NCBI GenBank assembly: GCA_037620805.1
Contig: JASJLI010000099.1
Coordinates: forward strand, 3,211 to 67,210
Direction: 5' to 3'
Length of the DNA stretch: 64,000 nt
Source: Akkermansiaceae bacterium
GTDB lineage: Bacteria > Verrucomicrobiota > Verrucomicrobiia > Verrucomicrobiales > Akkermansiaceae
Shown here: piece after piece, positions 9,398 through 18,751 of the stretch
Position numbering within the stretch: the first letter of the stretch is position 1
How the letters are laid out: each line of letters starts with the position of its first letter
Notes under the pieces: generated by a model
The model's input: only the letters and a program-made list of their open reading frames with translations
Databases searched by the model: none
What the model was told of the DNA's origin: nothing
Translations under genes and position numbers: made by a program

Positions 9398-9886
9398 ATG
9401 AAAACAATAGTAACGCTAATGGTGGTATTTTTAACCATCAATTTCTCCGTCGCCCAAGAAGCTGAAAAAGAAGCTGAGAAATTGAGTCCCTCCATGGAAT
9501 TGATGAAGCTTTTAAATATCGAGGATACGATGGAAAACACCTCAAAAATGGCTTTTGCTCCCTTTCTTAATCAGCTCAGAACCAAGGGAATGGCTGAGGC
9601 TGGTGTCAAAGAGGTGAAGGAGGCTTCCGATGTCTACTTTAGCCAGGTGGCCACCGATCCTGATCTTAAAAAAGAGATGGCAAATCTCTACGGAAAACAA
9701 TTTACCGCTTCTGAAATTGGGGACCTTGTTAAGTTCTACAAATCTCCGATCGGTCAGAAAGCACTCAAATTGATGCCGCAAATGACCGCTGCTGGTGGCA
9801 AGTTGGGTGAGAAATGCGCTGAGAAATATTCAGCTGGATTCAAAGAGCAACTGACTCGGATTATGAAGAAATATCCAATGAAGTAG
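9398..9886 (+). CDS. DUF2059-family periplasmic protein
   Basis: Signal peptide MKTIVTLMVVFLTINFSVAQ, then YGKQFTASEIGDLVKFYKSPIGQKALKLMPQM, which is typical of DUF2059. Confidence 0.7.
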   Translation: MKTIVTLMVVFLTINFSVAQEAEKEAEKLSPSMELMKLLNIEDTMENTSKMAFAPFLNQLRTKGMAEAGVKEVKEASDVYFSQVATDPDLKKEMANLYGKQFTASEIGDLVKFYKSPIGQKALKLMPQMTAAGGKLGEKCAEKYSAGFKEQLTRIMKKYPMK

Positions 9887-9932
9887 TTGCTTAAAAAGGC
9901 TGTTACAATCACCTGTTTCCATTCTCTTTTTT

Positions 9933-10528
9933 ATGTCCATATCATCTATCAAACAAGTCAGCGGCACCGCAGTCTACGTCCCCGGCGCTGATATCGATAC
10001 TGATCGCATCATCCCCGCGCGTTTTCTCAAGTGTGTTACCTTTGACGATCTCGCCGAGGGATTGTTTTACGATGTTCGTTTCGATAAAGACGGTAATTCG
10101 GTCGGGCACCCGATCGATGATCCTCGTTTTCCGGTGCTTCCATCATGCTGGCCGGACCTAACTTCGGTTGCGGTTCATCACGTGAGCACGCGCTGCAATC
10201 AATTTACCGCTGCCGCTTCCGCGCCATGATTGCGGTGAGTTTTGCGGAGATCTTTTTTGGAAACTCAACAGGCATCGGCATGCCATGTGTCTGCGCTACT
10301 TTACAGCAAATCGAAACTCTCGCCGCGGCCGTCGAAGTCGATCCCAAACTTGAAGTCAGCATCGACCTCATATCGATGACGGTGAGTTATGGCGAAACAT
10401 CCTTCCCTGTCACGATGCCTAACTCCGCCCGTGAGGCTCTTCTTTCAGCGCGCTGGGATCCCATTCAGGAACTGCTTGAGAATAGCTCAGCTATCGAGGC
10501 AAGGGCTGAATCGCTGCCTTACGTTTAG
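9933..10528 (+). pseudogene. leuD: 3-isopropylmalate dehydratase small subunit, frame broken by an apparent 1-nt loss between 10121 and 10135
   Basis: ORF 9933.. encodes VYVPGADIDTDRIIPARFLK...DDPRFP, then runs out of frame. The frame offset by +2 nt relative to the first frame encodes GASIMLAGPNFGCGSSREHALQSIY...SFAEIFFGN (LeuD core). That frame has a TGA at 10118-10120, so the shift lies in CGTTTTCCGGTGC. Confidence 0.8.
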
Positions 10529-10615
10529 AGGTTACTTTTTCTTCTTCTTTGTCCTCTTAGCTGATTTTTTAGCCGACTTTTTAGCAAGTGGATTGAAATC
10601 GAGGCAGAGCTGAAG

Positions 10616-10921
10616 TCAGTGGTGGAGATCGCTGTCTGTCGTAAGTCCCATCGACTCGATGAAGATGAATCCTTTCATGGGGCGACCGGTAAAGTCCATC
10701 GGCATGCAGTGTGGGTGATCAAGAACTGCCTCCGTGGCCTCTTCCCCAATGCGTGCCATCAGCAGGCTATCATCGAGTTTGTTATCGATATGAATTCCGC
10801 AGGTCATTTTTTCATCCACCATGAAGCAGAGTCCGCCCATCATTTTTTTATCCAAGAAAGAAACCTCCTTCTCAGAAAAGAAACAACAGGTGCGGTCGGC
10901 GAGCAATTCATCATAGGCCAT
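10616..10921 (-). CDS. TfoX N-terminal domain protein (standard-code ORF); the TGA stop is followed by 28 in-frame sense codons down to a TAA at 10532
   Basis: MAYDELLADR...KKMMGGLCFMVDEKMTCG...MARIGEE...MDFTGRPMKGFIFIE matches the TfoX_N pattern. See the finding on the in-frame TGA. Confidence 0.75.
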   Translation of the reverse strand: MAYDELLADRTCCFFSEKEVSFLDKKMMGGLCFMVDEKMTCGIHIDNKLDDSLLMARIGEEATEAVLDHPHCMPMDFTGRPMKGFIFIESMGLTTDSDLHH

Positions 10922-10929
10922 GGGACACC

Positions 10930-12408
10930 TTACTTAATTTCGTTACGTCGCGTTTTTAGTTGCTCGCGCATTCTTAGTTTGACCTGTTCGCGTTCTTTAT
11001 TGGATACGAGATTGATAAATTGATCGGGGTCGTTTTGCATGTCGTAGAGTTCTTCCTCTCCGCTGCTGTAGCGCATGTAAGCCCAGCGGTCTCCGCGAAG
11101 ACTATGGCCTCCTCGAAACATGGAAAGGGCGGCGGTCCGAACCTGGGCTTTCGGATTTTTTAGAAGTGGGACGAGATCTTTTCCCTGGACGGTCTGGGGT
11201 GTGGGCAGCTTGAGAAGTGAGCAAAGGGTGGGGTAGATATCGATGAGTTCGACCGCTGATTGGCTGGAGCCCGGTGTCATTCCGGGTGCCGCGATGATCA
11301 TGGGAACGCGGGTCACTTCTTCGTGCAGGTTGCTCTTTTGCCAGAAGTGATGCTCGCCGAGGTGGTAGCCGTGATCGCTGATAAACACGATGGCAGTGGA
11401 GTCCGTAAGTTTGAGGCGGTCTAATTCATCAAGCACTTTCCCCAGTTGCTCATCCATGTAGGTCACGGTGGCGTAGTAGGCTGACCACATGCGTTGCTGA
11501 TTGGCGGGCCATTTGGCGATACCACATTTCTGACTCGTCGTCCCTGCCCGTCCGGGTTTTGGGATGTCGTCGTGATCGTTGGCGGGCACCTTCAGCAGCG
11601 GCATGTCTGCGTGGGGGTATTTATCGAAATACTGTTTCGGAGCCACGCTGGGGTAGTGCGGCCTCACAAATCCGGTTGCGATAAAGAAGGGTTTGTTTTG
11701 ATGTTTTTGAAGAAGCTCGACTGTTTTGTCGGCAGCTTTGCAATCGGGTTGATCTGAGCCATCGCCTTGATACTGGACTGAGACGAACATGCGGTGGGGC
11801 ATCTTGGTGGACTGCCGGTTTTCCAACTCCTTGGTAAAGATGTTGAGATTCAGGCAGGCGTAATCGCCGGGAGTGTGGGCTTCGAGACCCTGGGTATTGA
11901 ATTTTTCGTCCCAGCTAGAGGCAATGTCATTTCCATCGGTGCCGGCGATGATATCACCGGGAACCCGCATGTGGTAGATCTTGCCGACTCTGGCGCTGTG
12001 TAATCCGTGATCCCGGAAATGCTCGCCCATGTTCTTGCCGTCGCTGCCTTTATAGCGGCTGTGCATAAATGAAAGTCGCGACGGAGCACACCGGGTGCCT
12101 TGGCAATAAGCATGCTGGAAAACCATTCCTCGGGCGGCAAGTCGGTCCAGATTGGGCGTTTTGCAGATTTTATTTCCATAGCAACTCAACGCACTTGTCT
12201 TTAAATCATCGGATATGATGAGAAGGACGTTTTGGATTTTCGATTCGGCCTTGAGTGAAGTTATCGAAATCAACAGGGCTGGGAAAATATAGCGGATGGT
12301 CTTGAGTATGGTTTTATTAATGCCGCAATGGGGCCTGCGTGGCAATCCTGCGATTGCTCTTACTGCTAGGAACGTGCTTTTTGACAGAGGTGGTCGGAGG
12401 AACTGCAT
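10930..12408 (-). CDS. Sulfatase (iduronate-2-sulfatase-like)
   Basis: NVLLIISDDLKTSALSCYGN...CQGTRCAPSRLSFMHSRY (DD and CxPxR) plus FISDHGYHLGEH. The exact start is uncertain. Confidence 0.9.
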   Translation of the reverse strand: MQFLRPPLSKSTFLAVRAIAGLPRRPHCGINKTILKTIRYIFPALLISITSLKAESKIQNVLLIISDDLKTSALSCYGNKICKTPNLDRLAARGMVFQHAYCQGTRCAPSRLSFMHSRYKGSDGKNMGEHFRDHGLHSARVGKIYHMRVPGDIIAGTDGNDIASSWDEKFNTQGLEAHTPGDYACLNLNIFTKELENRQSTKMPHRMFVSVQYQGDGSDQPDCKAADKTVELLQKHQNKPFFIATGFVRPHYPSVAPKQYFDKYPHADMPLLKVPANDHDDIPKPGRAGTTSQKCGIAKWPANQQRMWSAYYATVTYMDEQLGKVLDELDRLKLTDSTAIVFISDHGYHLGEHHFWQKSNLHEEVTRVPMIIAAPGMTPGSSQSAVELIDIYPTLCSLLKLPTPQTVQGKDLVPLLKNPKAQVRTAALSMFRGGHSLRGDRWAYMRYSSGEEELYDMQNDPDQFINLVSNKEREQVKLRMREQLKTRRNEIK

Positions 12409-12560
12409 GGGGAGAGATAGTGGATTACTGGGTAAAGAGGGGGGAGTGGATTAGGAATTCTAAATTTACCCTATTAACAGGCAAGCTAACTATGGAACAA
12501 CAAAATACAATGACCTCGGGATTATTTGAAGAGTTAAGTCCGACTATAAAATGGTATTAC

Positions 12561-15500
12561 CTAGTATCCTAGCCACGGTCCAAGCCATTTTTCGGCTTCA
12601 TCGACCGTCCAGCCCTTGCGCTTGGCGTAGTCTTCCACCTGATCTTTCTGGAGATCGCTGATGGCGAAATACTTACTTTCAGGGTGTGAGAAAAGTAGAC
12701 CTGACACAGCGGCTCCTGGGTGCATAGCGCAGGACTCGGTGAGTGCCACATCAGTTTGTGCAGTAGCCTTGAGTAGTTTAAACAACGCTTTCTTTTCGGT
12801 GTGATCGGGTTGGGACGGGTAACCTGGAGCAGGGCGGATACCTCGGTAGATCTCCTTGATTAGTTCGTTGTGGTTGAACTCGTTTGGACGCTCATAACCC
12901 CATGCTACGCGAGCACGGTGGTGGAGGAGTTCGGCAAAAGCTTCAGCAAGACGGTCGGCAATGGCCTGCACCATAATGGCGGAGTCAACTTCATGTTTTT
13001 CACGTAACTCAGCTGCCCACTCGTCGGCTCCGTGTATACCAACAACAAAGCCACCAATGTGGTCACCCTCACTCGGTGTTATATAATCACTTAGTGCGAA
13101 GTGTGGTTTACCGCTAGTTTTATCGATCTGTTGCCTAAGGGTGTGGAAGGTCACGTTGTTCTCAGGAAGCACGATGTCGTCACCATCTGAGTGGGCGGGG
13201 AAAAATCCATAGATGCCATTGGCTTTGAAACGTTTGGTCTCGACGATGTCTTCAAGCAGTTCTTGCGCGTCGGCGTAGAGATCTTTAGCCACTTGGGCGG
13301 CCTCTGCATTACGGGTTTTGAGGGTCTTGGTTTCACGATCCCAGACGCCGCGTAGTTCCCAAGCGTGGAAGAACGGTGTCCAGTCGATGTAATCCACCAG
13401 CTCGCGGAGCGATTGGTTTTCAATGACTCGGGTGCCAGTGAACTCGGGCTGTGCAGGCTGGTAGCTATCCCAATCACAGGTAAAGGCATTCTTCCGCGCG
13501 GCCTTCAGGCTGACGGTTGGTTTGTCCTTTTTGTTGAAATTGGCGCGGAGCTTTTCGTGTTTGGCATCGTTTTCCTGGATTAGGCGATCGCGGCCGTTCT
13601 CACTGAGCAGGGCGGTGGTCACAGGCACAGAGCGGGAAGCGTCTAACACATGGATGATGGGGCCTGAGTAGTGAGGCGCTATCTTCACTGCGGTGTGTGC
13701 GGGGCTGGTGGTGGCGCCACCTAACAAAATAGGAGTCTTGAGACCGCGGCGTTCCATTTCCTTGGCCACGTTGACCATTTCATCCAGCGATGGTGTAATC
13801 AGGCCGGAGAGGCCAATGACATCGGCACGTTTCTCGGCGGCGAGTGCGAGGATTTTTTCGCAAGGAACCATCACCCCCATATCGATGACTTCAAAGCCGT
13901 TGCAGGCAAGTACTACCCCAACGATGTTTTTACCAATGTCATGCACGTCACCCTTGACGGTGGCCATGATGATGCGGCCGGCGCTCATCGATTTCTCCGC
14001 TTCGGTGCGGGCATCTTTTTCCGTGAGAGAACTGTCTTTGGCCATCAACTCGGCGGCGACGGATATCACTTTCAGTTGCTTTTCATCCTCCATGAATGGT
14101 TCAAGGTGGGCGACAGATTTTTTCATCACTCGGGCGGACTTGACCACCTGAGGGAGAAACATTTTACCAGCGCCAAAGAGATCACCAACCACGCTCATGC
14201 CGTCCATCAGCGGGCCTTCAATGACTTTAAGAGGGATTTTGTAGATGAGTCGTGCTTCCTCGGTGTCTTCGACAATGAAGGTATCAATACCGCGAAGTAG
14301 CGCGTGCTCGAGCCGTTTTTCGACCGGTTCTTTACGCCAGGCGAGATCTTCTTTTTGCATTTCCTTTTTAACGCCTCGGAACTGCTCGGCATAGTCTAAG
14401 AGTCTTTCCGTAGCATCTGGGTCGCGATTGAGAAGCACGTCCTCGACGTGTTTGAGCATGTCGGGTTTGATCTCATCGTAAACTTCTAACATGCCTGCGT
14501 TGACGATGCCCATGTCCATCCCCGCATTTCCGGCGTGGTAGAGGAAAGAGGCGTGCATCGCTTCCCGCACGGGGTTGTTTCCACGGAATGAAAAAGAAAC
14601 ATTAGAGACGCCGCCAGAGACCTTGGCTCCGGGGAGGTTTTCTTTGATCCACTTGGTGGCTTTGAAGAAATCGACAGCGTAGTTATTGTGCTCCTCGATA
14701 CCGGTGCCGACGGTGAGGATGTTAGGATCAAAAATGATGTCCTGTGGGTTGAAGCCGACGTCATCGACAAGCACTCGATAGGCGCGTTCGCAGATGCGGA
14801 TTTTCTCCTCGTAGGTCGCCGCCTGTCCGTTTTCGTCAAAGGCCATCACTACGGCAGCAGCGCCGAATTTCATGATGGTACGCGCATTTTGCTTAAAGAC
14901 TTCCTCACCTTCTTTCATGGAGATCGAGTTGACAATACCCTTACCCTGCAGGCACTTCAGCCCCGCGAGTAGGATTTCCCACTTCGAGGAATCCACCGTG
15001 ATGGGCACCTTGGTGATGTCTGGCTCGGACTGCACGAGGTTCAGGAATCGGGTCATCATGGCAACTCCATCGATGAGGCCATCGTCGAAACAGATGTCGA
15101 TCACCGGAGCGCCGTTATCCACCTGCTGGCGTGCCACTGCTAGAGCGTCTTCCAGTTTTCCCTGCTGCACCAGTTTTCGGAAACGTGGTGAGCCGGCGAC
15201 GTTTGTGCGCTCGCCGATCATCAAGAAATTTTTCTCCTTGGAGTGATTATATGGCTCCGTCCCGGAAAGGCGTAGTAGGGGTTCGATCTCTGGGATTACG
15301 CGTGGCGTAACGTCTTTGACCCCGCGTGCGATGGCCTCGATGTGCTCAGGTGTATTACCACAGCAACCACCGGCGAGGTTGATAAAACCAGACTCTGCAA
15401 AGTCGCGCAGGTGGTTGTACATGTCATCGGGAAGCATCGGGAAACCTGTCTCCGAAAGTGCATCCGGCATGCCGGCGTTCGGGTAACAGGAAACAAAGCT

Positions 15501-16379
15501 TTCCGCCACCCGACTCAGTTCCGAGATAAAGGGTCGCATTTCATCGGGTCCTAATGAGCAGTTCAGACCAATCGCGAGCGGTTTGACGTGGGCCACGGCA
15601 TTCCACAGGGCCTCGGCTTTCTGAGCAGAAATCATCGTCTCACCCCCCCGGCCCACGGCGGCGGAGATAATGATCGGTAGCTTAAAGCCGTCCTCTTCAA
15701 ACACATCTTGGATCGCCACCAGTGCCGCCTTCGAGTTAAGAGCATCAAAGATAGTTTCCACCATCAGGATATCGACACCACCCTCGACCAGCGCTCGGAT
15801 TTGGCGTTTGTAGTCTTCGTAAACTTGATCGAAGGTCACGGTGCGGAATCCGGGATCATCGGGATCTACAGCAGCGTTGTTCAATCCTACAGTCATCGGC
15901 CCGATCGCGCCGGCGACGTAGCGTTTGATGCCCGTCGCTTCGGTAACTTCGTCACAGGCAGTGCGGCAGAGCTTGGCCGACTCCACATTGAGGTCCCAGG
16001 CGAGCTCCTTGAGAAACTCGTCATCGAGAACCGTCTGATAGAAATCCGGATCCTTGCGGCCTTCACCCGATTCACGGGGGTCTGCTACAAAAAATTCCGA
16101 CTGAGCAATGGACGTTCCAGAAAAGGAGTTGGTTTCGATAATATCTGATCCGGCTTCAAGGAAACGTTTATGAATATCAAGAATGACATCGGGTCGGGTC
16201 AAGGTGAGGATATCACCGTTATTGAGCAAATCCTTGGGAGCATCCTTGAATCGCTCTCCGCGAGCATCTTCTTCTTTGAGTCCGTATCCACGGATCGTCG
16301 TGCCCATGGCTCCATCGAGCATGAGGATACGTTGTTTTAGAGCGGAAGTGAGTTCGGCGGTGGCGTCAGGACGGGGCAT
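12561..16379 (-). CDS. metH: Cobalamin-dependent methionine synthase
   Basis: 1272 aa with Hcy-binding, pterin-binding, B12-binding ([11 protein letters not shown]) and AdoMet activation modules in the canonical order. Confidence 0.97.
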   Translation of the reverse strand: MPRPDATAELTSALKQRILMLDGAMGTTIRGYGLKEEDARGERFKDAPKDLLNNGDILTLTRPDVILDIHKRFLEAGSDIIETNSFSGTSIAQSEFFVADPRESGEGRKDPDFYQTVLDDEFLKELAWDLNVESAKLCRTACDEVTEATGIKRYVAGAIGPMTVGLNNAAVDPDDPGFRTVTFDQVYEDYKRQIRALVEGGVDILMVETIFDALNSKAALVAIQDVFEEDGFKLPIIISAAVGRGGETMISAQKAEALWNAVAHVKPLAIGLNCSLGPDEMRPFISELSRVAESFVSCYPNAGMPDALSETGFPMLPDDMYNHLRDFAESGFINLAGGCCGNTPEHIEAIARGVKDVTPRVIPEIEPLLRLSGTEPYNHSKEKNFLMIGERTNVAGSPRFRKLVQQGKLEDALAVARQQVDNGAPVIDICFDDGLIDGVAMMTRFLNLVQSEPDITKVPITVDSSKWEILLAGLKCLQGKGIVNSISMKEGEEVFKQNARTIMKFGAAAVVMAFDENGQAATYEEKIRICERAYRVLVDDVGFNPQDIIFDPNILTVGTGIEEHNNYAVDFFKATKWIKENLPGAKVSGGVSNVSFSFRGNNPVREAMHASFLYHAGNAGMDMGIVNAGMLEVYDEIKPDMLKHVEDVLLNRDPDATERLLDYAEQFRGVKKEMQKEDLAWRKEPVEKRLEHALLRGIDTFIVEDTEEARLIYKIPLKVIEGPLMDGMSVVGDLFGAGKMFLPQVVKSARVMKKSVAHLEPFMEDEKQLKVISVAAELMAKDSSLTEKDARTEAEKSMSAGRIIMATVKGDVHDIGKNIVGVVLACNGFEVIDMGVMVPCEKILALAAEKRADVIGLSGLITPSLDEMVNVAKEMERRGLKTPILLGGATTSPAHTAVKIAPHYSGPIIHVLDASRSVPVTTALLSENGRDRLIQENDAKHEKLRANFNKKDKPTVSLKAARKNAFTCDWDSYQPAQPEFTGTRVIENQSLRELVDYIDWTPFFHAWELRGVWDRETKTLKTRNAEAAQVAKDLYADAQELLEDIVETKRFKANGIYGFFPAHSDGDDIVLPENNVTFHTLRQQIDKTSGKPHFALSDYITPSEGDHIGGFVVGIHGADEWAAELREKHEVDSAIMVQAIADRLAEAFAELLHHRARVAWGYERPNEFNHNELIKEIYRGIRPAPGYPSQPDHTEKKALFKLLKATAQTDVALTESCAMHPGAAVSGLLFSHPESKYFAISDLQKDQVEDYAKRKGWTVDEAEKWLGPWLGY

Positions 16380-16571
16380 GGGAAATGGATGAATGAAGAA
16401 TTAAAAAATGAACCAATGGCGGGTTGGCAGGAATTTAATGGTAAAACCACGGAAAACAAGAACAAATCTACATATCTTGATTTGTTGATGCGACGTATTG
16501 AGTTGTAGTGAGTAGAGTGTTTTCTGTAAAAATGGGCACGAGTCGACGCGGCGGGTTGTTTCGAGCTGTGG

Positions 16572-16949
16572 CTACTTTACAGCTTTTGCAATGAGCTCGA
16601 AGTGCTTGTCTCGGTGCAGGAGCTTTGTTTTGTATCTTTCTGCGCAGCAGTGGATGAGCAAGTCACTGGTAGGCACATTCACGCCTTTGCGCTGGCATGT
16701 CCTGCCGTGTTCGGCGGTTAGTTCCCAGCAGGTGGCATCGAAGTCCAGCCAATGGCAGAGTGAGCGGAGGTTGTGGAGCTGGGCTTCTTCGCGCTTGCCC
16801 CGTATGCCTCGGTAGAGCTCGCACCAGATGGGTGCGGTGATGGCGGCGTTGTCGCCTGCGAGTAGTTGCTCGACTTCTTGCCTTAACGCCTGTTCTCCCT
16901 TCGGGCGTAACACGGCTATCCATGCCGAGCTATCGATGAGAGTTTTCAT
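16572..16949 (-). CDS. vapC: PIN-domain toxin (VapC family)
   Basis: 125 aa starting MKTLIDSSAWIAVL...; PIN acidic residues are present and there is a 4-nt overlap with the upstream small antitoxin ORF. Confidence 0.85.
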   Translation of the reverse strand: MKTLIDSSAWIAVLRPKGEQALRQEVEQLLAGDNAAITAPIWCELYRGIRGKREEAQLHNLRSLCHWLDFDATCWELTAEHGRTCQRKGVNVPTSDLLIHCCAERYKTKLLHRDKHFELIAKAVK

Positions 16950-17173
16950 TTTTTTGCCCGTTTGGTGAGCTTGGATTGTGCTACATCGGCGGTTTCGATT
17001 TCTGCGTTGCTGGCCATGTCCCAGGTTCCGAAGGTGGATGCTAGCGCTGCGACTTTCTGCCTGCGGATGAAGTCCTCCAGAACAGTGAGGATGGCATCCT
17101 TCTTGGTCTTCGCTTTGGTGAAACGAATGGCATCCGATAAAAGTTTATCTGGAATATCAATTGTGGTCTTCAT
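16946..17173 (-). CDS. vapB: VapB-family (DUF2191-type) antitoxin
   Basis: 75 aa, MKTTIDIPDKLLSDAIRFTKAKTKKDAILTVLEDFIRRQK. The stop overlaps the vapC start. Confidence 0.75.
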   Translation of the reverse strand: MKTTIDIPDKLLSDAIRFTKAKTKKDAILTVLEDFIRRQKVAALASTFGTWDMASNAEIETADVAQSKLTKRAKK

Positions 17174-17251
17174 GGAGGCAATATACTGACATTATGGAAT
17201 ATTGCAAGGCGGTTGTTGGGTGCGTAGAAGAGCTTTTTAAGCTCTTTTACG

Positions 17252-18328
17252 TTACTCCATCCCAGCGTCCTCGAGGCGTTGGGTCATTTCTGCGGCTTGT
17301 AGGGCGGCGGTCATTTCAAAGAGATCACCGTCGAAAATTCCATCCATATTGTGGGTGGTGAAGCCGATGCGGTGGTCCGTGATGCGTGACTGTGGGAAGT
17401 TGTAGGTGCGGATCTTTTCCGATCGGTCGCCAGAGCCAATCAGTGAACGACGCTGGGCTGAGTATTCCTCTTCCTGTTCGCGTTGTTTGATTTCAAAAAT
17501 CTTAGCACGGAGAATGGCCAAGGCTTTTTCTTTGTTCTGGGTTTGGGATCGACCGTCCTGTGATTTGACTTGAATACCTGTTGGCAGGTGAGTGATCTGA
17601 ACGGCGGAGTCAGTGGTGTTGACATGCTGTCCGCCGGGGCCACCAGAGCGTGTCGCTTGAATGTGAAGGTCTTCCGTTTTGAATTGAACATCAACCTCCT
17701 CAGCTTCGGGCATAACAGCAACCGTAACGGTGGAGGTGTGGATGCGGCCTTGGGTCTCGGTCGCTGGGACACGCTGAACGCGGTGAACGCCTGACTCGTA
17801 CTTGAGGAAACGGAATACTTCTTCGCCGGTAACCTTGAGCACGACTTTGGAGAAACCACCGGCTTCGGATGGTGTGGAGTCGAGGTGCTCGTGTTTCCAT
17901 CCACGCTGCTCGGCGTAGCGTTGATACATGCGCATGACTTCGCCTGCGAAGATGGCCGCCTCGTCGCCGCCAGCACCGGATCGGATTTCTAATAATGCGT
18001 CACGGTCCTCTGCTTCATTACGTGGCATTAGTGCGTATTGTACGTCCTGGGAGAGTTGTTCAATGGTCGCCTCAAGTTCGGGGATTTCCATGTTGGCCAT
18101 CTCGGCCATTTCCTCGTCCTCCTCCTTGGCGAGTTCACGGTTTTCCGCCAAATTGGTTTTGGCGGTCTCGAGGGTGTCCCACATTTCCAGCATCTCTTTG
18201 AGCCGACGATGCTCACGCATGGTCTCGGTGGCCTTTTTCTGGTTGGAAAAAAGATCAGGGTCGGTGATGAGTGTTTCAACTTCTGCGAAGCGATCGCGGC
18301 GTTGAGCAATGAGGGCTGAATAATCCAT
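17252..18328 (-). CDS. prfA: Peptide chain release factor 1
   Basis: GGQHVNTTDSAV (GGQ) and RVPATETQGR (the P-x-T tripeptide of RF1). Confidence 0.97.
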   Translation of the reverse strand: MDYSALIAQRRDRFAEVETLITDPDLFSNQKKATETMREHRRLKEMLEMWDTLETAKTNLAENRELAKEEDEEMAEMANMEIPELEATIEQLSQDVQYALMPRNEAEDRDALLEIRSGAGGDEAAIFAGEVMRMYQRYAEQRGWKHEHLDSTPSEAGGFSKVVLKVTGEEVFRFLKYESGVHRVQRVPATETQGRIHTSTVTVAVMPEAEEVDVQFKTEDLHIQATRSGGPGGQHVNTTDSAVQITHLPTGIQVKSQDGRSQTQNKEKALAILRAKIFEIKQREQEEEYSAQRRSLIGSGDRSEKIRTYNFPQSRITDHRIGFTTHNMDGIFDGDLFEMTAALQAAEMTQRLEDAGME

Positions 18329-18368
18329 TTTAGAATAGTGAATTTAGAATAGTGAATAGTGAATGATA
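18329..18368. repeat. Heptad-periodic GAATAGT array; left inverted arm flanking the four-helix-bundle ORF
   Basis: TTTAGAATAGTGAATTTAGAATAGTGAATAGTGAATGATA fills the whole gap between the prfA start and the 4HB stop. Confidence 0.85.
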
Positions 18369-18716
18369 CTATGCACGAGAGTTCTTGATGATGGTGGTGA
18401 GGATAGCGACAAGTTCGTTAGCCTCGTTTTTGAGTGATACTAATTTAGTTTCGGGCATGATGCCAGTGGCGATTAGTAGCCGTAGCCAGTAAAGTGTTTC
18501 TCGGGCTTCTTTGCAAGAAATGGATAGTTTGGAGATGAAATCGGGTTTGCTCTGAGCTGCCTGAGCTTCTTCGACATTGGCTCCTATCGAGGTTCCCGAA
18601 CGAAGTAGTTGGTTCGCGAGCGTTCTGGGAGTGCCCGGATTTTCATCTAGGACTTGGCATAACTGCACGATGCGAGTTGCAAAATCAAAGGTTCGCTCTG
18701 TGATATCAACGTCCAT
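18369..18716 (-). CDS. Four-helix-bundle protein (23S rRNA intervening-sequence protein / Avd family)
   Basis: 115 aa with FDFATRIVQLC......ANQLLRSGTSIGANVEEAQAAQSKPDFISKLSISCKEARETLYWLRL, the family hallmark. Confidence 0.85.
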   Translation of the reverse strand: MDVDITERTFDFATRIVQLCQVLDENPGTPRTLANQLLRSGTSIGANVEEAQAAQSKPDFISKLSISCKEARETLYWLRLLIATGIMPETKLVSLKNEANELVAILTTIIKNSRA

Positions 18717-18750
18717 GAATTCACTATTCTACATTCACTATTCAAAATTC
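18717..18750. repeat. Heptad-periodic ATTCACT array; right inverted arm flanking the four-helix-bundle ORF
   Basis: GAATTCACTATTCTACATTCACTATTCAAAATTC. Its reverse complement shares GAATAGTGAAT-N-TAGAATAGTGAAT (25 nt, 1 mismatch) with 18329-18368. Confidence 0.85.
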
Positions 18751-18751
18751 C

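Noticed and set aside
16380-16571. A riboswitch (cobalamin or SAM) in the 192-bp leader of metH.
   Set aside because: I could not find the conserved B12-box or SAM-I core sequences by eye. metH is not normally riboswitch-controlled. A covariance-model scan would be needed to exclude it.
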